DNA of 64,000 nt from the human T2T-CHM13v2.0 reference genome, Homo sapiens. Where the stretch lies: the NCBI RefSeq assembly GCF_009914755.1, contig NC_060925.1, one strand, 5' to 3'. The notes below the pieces were generated by a model. It was given only the letters and a program-made list of their open reading frames with translations, made no database searches and had not been told where the DNA came from. A program made the position numbers and the translations under genes. Below are positions 50,206 to 64,000 of this stretch, one piece after another (position 1 is the stretch's first letter; the number at the start of each line of letters is the position of its first letter).

Positions 50206-52489
50206 TATGATATACTTTTCAATAGGAATATCATAAAAACGGCTTAAGTCAACACTAAAATGTACTTTCTTAACAACCTCCACCTATCTGAGCTACCTGA
50301 TGCCTATAGCACTAACTCTTGTAGCCAGGAGGTGGCTACTCCATTATGCTTGAGGCGTTTGTTCTGAGACTTTTTTATATCAGTTATTTTTAATATTGTG
50401 TCACCCACATCTAATTTGAAAACTAAAAAAGTTTAAGTGATTTAATCAATCAAGTGGTTCCAAGGCATTCAACTTAGTTCTCATAGAAACACTTTTCTTT
50501 CTTTTCACTTATATTTTATTTGCTTATATAATTTTAAAAATTAAATTTTGTAATTAGATAATGCAAATGGAAATGCCAAACTGAAATATTACCAATTAGG
50601 AAATCTATTCTTGGAGGCTACTTCTGCCTAATGTCACTGTGATATAATATGAAACACTGCATAACTCATGAGAGAGTGAAGGCTGTCCTACGTCAGTGTT
50701 GAAAGCCAGGTTAGCTCAACAAATGTGTTTTGCTTATCACTAGAGAAATTGAAGATGAACTGAGGAACCCAAAGCAGTTCAGGCCTTTAATTGAAAACTG
50801 ACAGTTACAGCAGAGGAATGAAAAGTCCCAACCCACACAAGAGTTTGGTATCTAAATGATAGCAAGATTAAGTTAAAAATGACAAGCTGTTGCGGGGGTT
50901 TGTTCTTCTTTTTTTAATCTGAGGTCTTAGGGGTTTTAAACATTAAATCAGTCTGCTTATAAATCTTGCCGTAAAATGGGCTGGGATGAATTCAAGACAC
51001 TATAAGACATGAACAGTATCTTCAAATGGCATATTTTAGATAAACCTATCACTTATCTTTTCAGCATTCAGAATTCAACCGAAGTCCTCCCATACACAGC
51101 AGTACCCTATAAACAAAGGTGCAGAGTCTAAGACAAATAGGGAGGATCAATGCCCCTTGGAAGTTCCTTCTAACAAGACAGTAAATATGGTCAAACAGTG
51201 GAGAAGGGCTGTGGTATTTTTCAGATATAGGCTAAATTCATCATGGTTCATTTCCAGTCCGCTCTTACTCAGTATGAAATGTTTCAGTTCACAAGAAGGT
51301 GTGAGGAGGAGTCTCAGTTTACTTAACTCGCAACTGTAGTTTTGGAAAAAAGATAAAGTTTAAAAGTTATTTTTCTCATTCTAAAGTTTATTTTTGGTTT
51401 TTAAGGACTCCGTGGTTTCTAAGGACATTGGGGCAAGGCATGCTTATTTTTTTATTTTTTATTTTTTGCCATGAAGTTACAGGATAGCTTACAATTACAG
51501 TAACTAGCTGGTGGTTTTTAAGAAGACATGGAATAGGGTTGCCTTTGTCAGTACGCTATTAGAAATAGACTGTTAATCAACCACTGCTCAGAGTCTGATG
51601 TTTAACTTCTTGAAGTAAACATTTGAGGTCACAGCAGTCCCTCCTTGTAAGTTTTATGCATTACTTCAGTTGGAGAGGTAAAGGCATTAAAACAGTTAAC
51701 TACACATTTGATCAATGAACCAGTCTCCCATGTTTGATTTAAGGCTTGAAAGTGAATTAAACTTATGAATAAAATCAGGCTCTTAGATTCTAAACTATAA
51801 GTTCATAATAATTTCATTAAAATGTTTATAACTTTCAGAATTTCAATATGAAACCATGCTTTTTTGACATTAAAAAGTTTGCATCAGAAAGTAAAACCTT
51901 TAAAAGATTTATAAAACATTTTAAATTTGTTTGTTAAATTTCTATCAAACAGTAGGAATCTAAACATTCTAATAGTTGCTACACTTCTGGAAATAATTAC
52001 CTGAAAGGAGATTAACATTGCTCAACTAGTTAGTGGCCCAGATCTCTGCTATTGTTTGTTAGTGAAGGGGCTATTCATTCATAAAGCTGGACCCACCCAA
52101 CCGAACAAAGAGACCCTTGGTGGCTGTTCAGGTGGACTCTAAGCCAAGAAAAAGGAATTGCTTCATTTCCTCAAGACTAAACTTTTGATCAGCGCTGTGC
52201 GGTCAGGCTAAGAACTTAGATGGAATTTTAAACAAGGCATTAACGGCATTTCGGAAGCCACCATCAAACATCCTCCAATTAAGGAAGCAACGTAACAAGG
52301 TAAATTGAACCAGACAGGAATTTATTAAGGAAATTCACCTCTATTACCACAAAACACATCTCCTGCCAAGTCCAATGAATATTTCACAGATAATAATCAA
52401 TTATTGACTCTGGCACATCTCTGAATGTGATGTGGGTCTTACTTACAAGTGTGACGTTTTAGTAACCAAAATGGGATTAAGTTTTCAAA

Positions 52490-54350
52490 ATGCTGGGTAA
52501 ATGTAGCGAAAAGACTGACAAGGCTTCTGCTCCAATGGGGTTTATGTTCTAATGGAGGAGGCAGACTGTAAACAACTTTTTCAAATATATTTTTACAAAT
52601 GTGATTACTGTTTTGAAGGGAATACAAAAGTTGCTGAGACAGAAAATAACTCAGGGGAACTAAATAAATAGGGTGGTCCGAGAAGTTCTCTCTGGGTTGG
52701 GGACTTTTAATTAAGACCTGAAAGATGAAAAGAGGCCATCCATGGGAACGCTGGCAGGAGGAGCATTGTAGGCAGAGGCAGTGCAAGTACAAAGGCCCTG
52801 CAAGGCAAAGGGCTTGCCATATTATGGAAGGACTGACAGTAGCCCTGTACAGCCACGGCGTCAGACCCTGGGAAAGGTGGCACGAAGTGAGGTTAGAGAG
52901 GCAGATGGGGACAGATCACGTAGAGCAGCTTTTCTCAAACATGTTTGACCATGGCTCATAGTAGGAAGTATATTTTATGTCTCACCCACTACTCAAATAA
53001 AACAAAATGTTTACTTAGAAAATCCTACCCTTACAATGTGTAATGCCTATGATATTTTCTATTCATTTTAAAATACTAATCAATATCCACTAAATTCATT
53101 TCTTCACCAACGAATGGACTTTTGCAAAAGCATCGATAAGAGTCTGGGAAACTTTTGGAAGTCTTTTTTTATTTTTATTTTTATTTTTTAAAATTTTTAT
53201 TTATTTATTTATTTTGAGACGGAGTCTCCTTCTTTCGCTGAGGCTGGAGTGAAGTGGTGCGATCTCGGCTCAATGCAACCTCCATCCCCTGGGTTCAGGC
53301 AATTCTACTGCCTCAGCCTTCCCAGTAGCTGGATTACAGGCGCCCGCCACCATGCCTGGCTAATTTTTTTGTTTTTAGTAGAGGCAGGGTTTCTCCATGT
53401 TGGCCACGCTGGTCTCGAACTCCTCACCTCAGGTGATCTACCTGCCTTGGCCTCCCAAAGTGCTAGGATTACAGGCGTGAGCCACTGCGCCCAGCCAGAA
53501 ATCTTTAAGGAAGGGAGAGCTTGATTGATAAATGGAAACTTCATTTTAGTCACTATAGAAAGATTGGATTTAAGGATAACAAAAATAAAAGTGGAAGGAT
53601 CTGTTACGGTATCATTGCCAAAGCTCAGGTGAAAGTTAATAGCTCGAGCTATGTTGGTGGTAATCGAAGTGGAGAGACATTCAGATTCAGGATATATTTT
53701 AGAGGTAAAGCCAACAGGACACAGTGAGGAATTGACTGGGTAGTGGTGAAGGAAAGGAAGGCATCAAGAGTTAGTGCCAGGCTACTGGCTTCAGTAGCTG
53801 AGAGTATGATAGTGCTGTTTATTAGGAGACTAGAGTTAGCACTGGATGTATGATGAAAAATTTAAAATTCCATTTTAAACATGTTAAGTTTGAGATGACT
53901 CTGAGTCATCTGAGCAGTTAATTACACAAACAGAGTTCAGAGAAGAAAGCTGAGGGTCAATAGAATTAGGATCTGAAACAAACAAATGGTATTTGAAGTC
54001 GTGGTAATGATGCGTTCTCCTAGAGAAAGTGTGGATAAAGTTGGGAAAAGAAAGCACTCACTAAGTACTTTCAAGGAGCTCTGATTTTAAGAGGTAGGAT
54101 AGAGAGGATTAAGAGAGCTGGTAAAATACAGTGAGGAGGAGCTGCCTTTAGAATGGGAGCTATGTCAGGGGTGTGGTGCCTGAGAACCACTGTAGTGGAA
54201 TGTGAACCAAGGAGGGAAAGACTGCATTGAATACTGTTGAGGAACCAAGCATAAGGAGAACAGAACATTGCTCATCTGGCACTATAGAGGCCTTTGGTAA
54301 CCTTGACAAAGGTGTTTCTGTGTCATTGAAGGGACAAAAGCTAGACTGAC
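52490..54350 (-). mobile_element. Degenerate L2 fragments, interrupted by a probable hAT MITE (~52925-53135) and an AluS (minus, 53165-53496)
   Basis: L2-like GCAAGTACAAAGGCCCTG, GATATATTTTAGAGGTAAAG, ACATGTTAAGTTTGAGATG. Confidence 0.65.
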
Positions 54351-55830
54351 CCTAGACCCCAGAAATTCCACCTCTAAGTTATAGCAACTAAGAAACTTGT
54401 GCACATGTGCACGAAGAGAACCGTATACAAAAAATTCATAATTGTTTTGTTCACTGGAACAAGAAACTGGAAATGACCCAAATTTGTATCTTTGGGAGAA
54501 TAGATAAATAAATTATGATATATTTATACTGTGGGATGAGTGCTCTAACTTGAGCAAGTATATTAACAAAAAACACACAATAAACAAACGAAAAAGTCAC
54601 AGAGTATATCTGTAGTATGATTCCATTTATACAAAGTTCAAAAAATGAAAAATAACACATTGTTTAAGCATACATAATAAGTAAGGGAATGATAAGCAAA
54701 ACTGAAAAGGGCTATTACCTGGGTATGGGAATACTCAAAGATTAAACTCTATCTGTATTACACATGTGTTTTGGTGTATATAAAATATTTCATTAAAAAT
54801 AGCTACTTAGCACTGTCTCCTGAATAGGTCTAAATATATTGACCGACTTGGTAACAATAAGCATTGCTAGTATCCTACCTGTGGTCTCCAAATACTATTT
54901 TTTACTGAAAGAAACAAGAACTCTCTGAAAAAGGGCTGATTTTAAGAAAAAGGGATTGGGAATATACAAGACAAAGCTAGACAATCTTGTCTTTGGGGAA
55001 CAGCTAGAGCTATGTCAAAAGAACACAGAACCCAACTTGAAGTGGTTCCCAGTGGCAAAGATGGAAATGCTTGATAAGATGGAAATGCTTGATTATGGTT
55101 AAGGATATTTACTGCAATGGATTGAAAAACACATAAAATATGCTTATCCTGCTTTTTAAAATATAAATTATTACTGTTGGTTATTCAAATAGTAAGTGAA
55201 AGAAGTTTCTCTTTATAGTATTCCAGATAATAAAAGAAGAACTGAGAAAATATAACCATTTTTCAATTTGTAATAAAATAATGGGTTTAATTCTCATCAA
55301 CTGCTGCTAACATCACAAAAGAGAGAGAAACAGACATTGTGTGCCTCCTGATGGAAGAGCACAAACCAACTGTGATGTCTAGCCAAAAGAAACTGAACCC
55401 GAATCTGATCAATCTTCTAGATCCAACTACCATTTTATAGAAAATACAGAGGACGGAGGAAATCTCACCTATATCACATGGATGCATTCATTCTGTGAAA
55501 TCCACATTGTGGAGAATTCTAAAAGACAAATAGCTCTGTTTTTTCAAAAACAACAATAAAAACACTACAAACTAGCACAAGAAAAATGAGAGAGGAGGGG
55601 AAAACAATAGCTTCAAACAGACTTAAAAGATATCCAACCACTCCCAATATGTAAACCTTATTTAGATTCTGCTTTGGATCAACTACTAAAATTTTCTTAT
55701 AAATGTATGAGATGATTGGAAATTTTGGATACTAACTGTGATATTATGATACTGGTGATATTGAGAAATTATTAAATATTTTAATAAGTGATAGGTGTAT
55801 TGTGGTTATGTTAAAGATAAATTTTACATT
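54350..55830 (+). mobile_element. Old L1M (MC/ME-type) 3' fragments
   Basis: Degenerate L1 3' signatures; contains an 18-bp tandem duplication at 55058-55093. Confidence 0.55.
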
Positions 55831-55910
55831 TAAAATGAGTTTTATTTAAGGGTAAAAATTAATCATGAATAGATTAATTTGCTAAATTAGTTTAATTAAT
55901 TAATTAGTTA

Positions 55911-56375
<465 letters not shown>

Positions 56376-56477
56376 TCAGAGTAGATATCAAAAACAGTAT
56401 TAAGTGAAAGTTTCCTTGGCCAATCCAACTTGGAGAGTGTTCATTTGTTATTGCTTTAATTTCCATTTCCCTAATTA

Positions 56478-57695
56478 CAGTCATGTATTAATTAACAATG
56501 GGGATACATTTTGAGAAACTCATTTTTAGGCAATTTTGTAGTTGTGTGAACATCATAGAATGTACTTACACAAACAGATGTTATAGCCTACTACACACCT
56601 AGGTTACATGGTATAGCCTTGTGCTCGTAGGCTACAAACCTGTATAGCATGCTACTGTACTGAATACTGTGAGCAACTGTGACACAATAGTAAGTATTTA
56701 TGTATCTAAACATATCTAAACACAGAAAAGGTACCGTAAAAGTACAGTATAAAATATAAAAAATGGTACACCTGTATAAGGCACTCACCGTGAATGGAGC
56801 TTGCAGGACTGGAAGTTGTTCTGTGTGAGTCAGGGAGTGAGTGGTGAGTGAATGTGAAGGCCTAGGACATTACTGTACAGCACTGTAAACTTTATCAACA
56901 CTGGACACTTAGGCTACTCTAAGTTTATTTAAAATTTTTTTTCTTTAATAATAAATTAACCTTGGCTTGCTGTAACTCTGTTACTTTTTAAATGTTTAAA
57001 TTTTTTAAATTTTTGACTCTTTACAATAACACTTAGCTTAAAACACAAACATGTTGTACATCTGTCCAAAAGCATTTTCTTTCCGTATATCCTTATTCTA
57101 TAAACTTTTCTCTAACTTTAATTTTTTTAAGCTTTTTTGGTGAAAAACTAAGACACAAACTTACACATTAGCCCAGGCCTACACAGAGTCAGGATCCTCA
57201 GTATCTCTGCCTTCCACCTTCATATCTTGTCTCCTGGAAGGTCTTTAGGAGTAACAACATGCATGGAGCTGTTATCTCCTATGATAACAATGCCTTCTTC
57301 TGGAATACCTCCTGAAGGACCAGCCTGAGGCTGTTTTACAGTTAACTTTTTATTTTAATAAGTAGAAGAAGTACACTGTAAAGTAGTGATCCAAAGCATT
57401 ATAAATACGTATAACAGTAATATGGTCATTTATTATCATTATCAAGTAGTATGTACTGCACATCATTGCATTTACTATACTTTTATAGGACTGGCAGCAC
57501 AGTAGGTGTGTTCCCACCAGCATCACCACACCCACGTGAGTAATGCATTGTGCTATGACATTTCCATGGCTATGTCAGGATAACTACAATGTCACTAGGC
57601 AATGGGGATTTTTCAGCTCCATTATAATCTTATGAGACCACCGTCATGTATGTGGTCTATCATTGACCAAAACATCGTTATGGAGCACATGACTA
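56478..57695 (+). mobile_element. Apparently full-length Tigger3b/MER7B-type DNA transposon (1218 bp) inserted in an old L1
   Basis: TA-CAGTCATG ... CATGACTA-TA ends; flanks rejoin as L1 TTCCCTAATTA/CTAGTGAGGTTGA. Confidence 0.85.
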
Positions 57696-57907
57696 TACTA
57701 GTGAGGTTGATCATCTTTCTTACTGACCATTTAATTTCCTTTTTTATGAGTTGGCTGCTCACGTATTTTGCCTGATTTTCTATTGGGTGGTTTGTTTTGA
57801 AACATTCTGAGTACTAATTTTTTATTAGTCACATATGTTGCATATATCTTCTCTGAGGTTGTCATTTGTATTTTAACTTGTTTATGCTGTCTTTTGTCAT
57901 ATAGATG

Positions 57908-58228
57908 TTTTTAATTTTCTTTTTCTTTTTTTTTTTCTTTTTGCCAAGGCAGGGTCTGGCTCTGTTGACTAGGCTGGAGTGCAGTGGCATGATCTCGGCT
58001 CACTGCAACCTCTGCTTCCTGGGCTTAAGCCATTCTCCCCACTTTAGCCTCCCGAGTAGCTGGGACTACAAGCACATGCCACCACGCCCAGCTAATTTTT
58101 GTATTTTTTGTAGAGTTGGGTTTTTGCCATGTTGCCCACACTGGTCTCCAACTCTTGAGCTCAAGCAATCTGCCCACCTCAGCTTCCCAAAGTGCTGAGA
58201 TTACAGACGTGAGCCATTGCACTCTGCC
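57908..58228 (-). mobile_element. AluJ
   Basis: Consensus match. Confidence 0.9.
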
Positions 58229-58371
58229 TTTAATTTTTATAGTCAAATTTATCAATATTTTTCTTTGTGATTTATGGTGTTTATGTCTTGTTTAAGAAAA
58301 CCTGCTCCTTTCAAGGTCATAAAGATTTTCTTCTATATTTTCTTCTAAATGTTTTAAGATTTTACCTTTCA

Positions 58372-58646
58372 GCTGCGTGCAGTGGCTCACGCCTGTAATC
58401 CCAGCACTTTGGGAGCCCAAGGCAGACGGATCATGAGGTCAGGAGTTCGAGACCAGCCTGACCAACATGGTGAAACCCTGTCTCTACTAAAAATACAAAA
58501 ATTAGCCAGGCGTGGTGGCATGCGCCTGTAATCCCAGCTACTCATGGGGCTGAGGCAGGCAAAGTTTGCAGTGAGCCGAGATCACGCCATTGCACTCCAG
58601 CCTGGACCACAGAGCAAGACTCTCTCTCAAAAAAAAAAAAAAAAAA
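58372..58646 (+). mobile_element. AluS with internal deletion
   Basis: Consensus match; TSD GATTTTAYCTTTCA. Confidence 0.9.
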
Positions 58647-58929
58647 GGATTTTATCTTTCATATAGAAATCTTTAATCCCATCTGAAACTGATTTTTGTG
58701 AAAGATTTGCTGTAGAGATCTAGTAGTTTTCAAAAATACATGAATTACCGAATTGTCCCAAGATCATTTGTTAGGTAGTTATCATTTTCCTCCAATAATT
58801 TACACAGCTTTGTGTTACAAGCAATCCTTTTGTTGGATTGGGCAAGTAAAAGAAGACTTTGTCTTTTCAAGTGAAATCAAAACATATTATTAGAAGAGAA
58901 AGGAATTAGATTGAGGAGAGAAATGGATA

Positions 58930-59471
<542 letters not shown>

Positions 59472-59518
59472 TAAAAGAGTGAAGAGACAAAAAAAGTCCA
59501 TAAAATGCTACACTTTAA

Positions 59519-59671
<153 letters not shown>

Positions 59672-59727
59672 TGAGTAGCTGGAATTACAGGCACACACTA
59701 CCACGCCAGGCTAATTTTTGTATTTTC

Positions 59728-61493
<1,766 letters not shown>

Positions 61494-62033
61494 TAATTTT
61501 TGTATTTTCGGTAGAGACGAGATTTCATCATGTTGGCCCCAGGCTGGTCTCAAACTCCTGACCTCAAGTAATTCGCCTGCCTTGGCCTCCCAAAGTGCTG
61601 GATTACAGGCATGAGCCACAGTGCCCTGCTCATTTTCAGTTTCCTTTTTACAGAGAAGAATTTGTTCTAGAACAAACTGAACTTTTTTTGTGTGCTGCAA
61701 CTGAAAACTAACAGAGAATTTATATTAGACACAACAAGAACTTGTCCTTTTGTAGCTAATGTGTTGATGCATGGACTTAATTTTCATCCAAGTACTGATC
61801 AGATATTGGTTAAGCTTTTGCTGAAAGTGAACATATTATGAGTAAATTATCCAGATGAGTTACCTACTTTTTATCTAAAATGCCTAAGTACAACTTGCTA
61901 TAGCGAAGCATGTGCCACACCATGGTTAGGAAAACCAGAGATATTCTGTTTTGAAAGATTTCTAAGTTGATAGAAACTGTGACTTCTATTAGTGGTTCTT
62001 TTAATAATTGTCTCACAAACAGCTCAGATCTGA

Positions 62034-62358
<325 letters not shown>

Positions 62359-62719
62359 AGTAAATCACTTTTTTAAGCAAGATTTTTTACATGATAGAGG
62401 TGGTTTTATGACAAAGCAGTATATTATGAGCCAATAGCCATAGTATAGAGAATTTAGACAACTGAGGCCAACAAATCTCATACACTCTTAATGCCCTAAC
62501 ACACAATTTTTACTATTATTTTAGTGAACATTTTCAGTATATTTTTCACCTGAATACATTTTTATTAATAACTTTTTATTGCATTGTACATAGACAGGTA
62601 AAAAGGAATCATTTTCTATTTGATTTTTCACCTCGAATAGCTTGCTTGTTATATATTCTTTTACTATTCTTCTAGCAGTTGCACTATAGATTCCAACGTG
62701 CATTGTTCACTTTCCTAAA

Positions 62720-64000
62720 AAAAAAAGTTGTAAAATATACATAACAAAATTTGCCATTTTGGATCATTTTTAAATGAATAGTTCAGTAACATCAAGCATA
62801 TTCACATTATTGTGCAACCATCATCACTCTCTACCTCCGGAATTTTTCATCTTCTTAATCTGAAACTGTACCAGTTAAACCATAATTCTCTATCCCCAGT
62901 CCCCTATCCCCTGAAAACCACCATTGTTTGTTCTGTCTGCATGAATTTGACTACTCCAGGTGCCTCATATTAAGTGGAAGCACACAGCATATACTCTTTT
63001 GTGACTGGTTTATTTCATTTAACATAATATCTTCAAGGTTTATCCATGTTGTAGCATAGATCAGAATATTATTTCTTGTGGCTGAATAATATTCCATTGT
63101 ATGTATAGACATTTTGCTGATCCATTTATCTGTTAATGAAAATTTAGGTGGCTTCCACCTTTTGGTTTATGTCAATAATGCCGCAATGAACATGGGTGTA
63201 TAAATAACTTTTTGAGACTTCTGTTTTTAATTCTTGAGGGTATATACCCAGAAGTGGAATTGTTGAATCATATGGTAATTCTATGTTTAATTTTTTTAGA
63301 AGCCTCCATACTGTTTTACATATTAGCTACACCATTTTATATTTCCAATTCAAATTCACCGACACAGAATGAAGAATGGTGGTTGACAGAGGATAGCGGG
63401 GAGTGGGGATGGAGAGTTACGGTTTAACTGGTACAGGGTTTCAAATTGAAAAAATGAAAAATCCCAGAGACAGGTGATGGTGATGGTTGCACAATAATGT
63501 AAATGTGCTTGATGTCACTGAGTTGTACATTTAAAAATGGTTCAGGCTGGGCGTGGTGACTCACGACTGTAATCCCAGCACTTTGGGAGGCGGAGGCAAG
63601 TGAATTTCTTGAGGAGACCAGCCTGGCCAACATAGTAAAACCCCATCTCTACCAAAATACAAAAACCAACTGGGTGTGGTGGCGGGCACCTGTAATCCCA
63701 GCTACCAGAGAGGCTGAGGCAGGAGAATTGCTTTGAACCCAGAAGGTGGATGGTCCAGTGAGCTGAGATAGTGCCACTGCACTCCAGCCTGGGCAACAGA
63801 GCAAGACTCTATCTCAAAAAAAAAAGTTTCAAACAGTACATTTTATGTTATGTATATTTTATATAGGATTTCAGTTTCTCTACATCTTCACCAACAGTTG
63901 CTATTTTCTGGTTTTTGTCTTTGTTTTAATAATAGTCTTTCTAACAGATGTAAAGGGGTAGCTCATTGTGGTTTTGATTTGAATTTCTCCAATGATTAGT
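62720..64000. mobile_element. Old L1M 3' end (minus) with a nested plus-strand L1 3' fragment (~63360-63860) and an AluS (+, 63545-63825)
   Basis: L1M 3'UTR signatures in both orientations; Alu consensus. Confidence 0.75.

Overview
Primate, almost certainly human, genomic DNA (it contains an AluYg6-like element and an L1PA2-like 3' end). I recognise it as the 5' half of the testis/meiosis gene SHCBP1L on the minus strand plus about 31 kb of upstream sequence. Six coding exons can be rebuilt with GT-AG boundaries and consistent phases: 31903-32307, 30504-30653, 19503-19717, 18641-18727, 18350-18568 and 8830-8935 (394 codons). The gene continues beyond the left edge, and a CpG-island promoter lies at about 31.7-32.7 kb. 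The rest is dense in Alu, L1, L2, MIR, Tigger and MaLR repeats, which explain nearly all other ORF-track entries. The notable content is a varied set of L1-mediated retroposition products. There are three processed pseudogenes (HMGN1, NCR1/NKp46, KRT18), a full-length U6 fused to a young L1, tailless 5S rRNA and U2 snRNA copies with target-site duplications (TSDs), a 114-bp non-Alu/non-L1 retroposed insert (SVA2-like), and a poly(A)-only insertion. The NCR1 copy appears to preserve an aberrantly spliced transcript and possibly promoter sequence. I found no convincing wholly new biological system; the findings are mechanistic or evolutionary observations. Pseudogene numbers and repeat subfamily names are from recall and were not checked against databases. 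Repeat boundaries are approximate.
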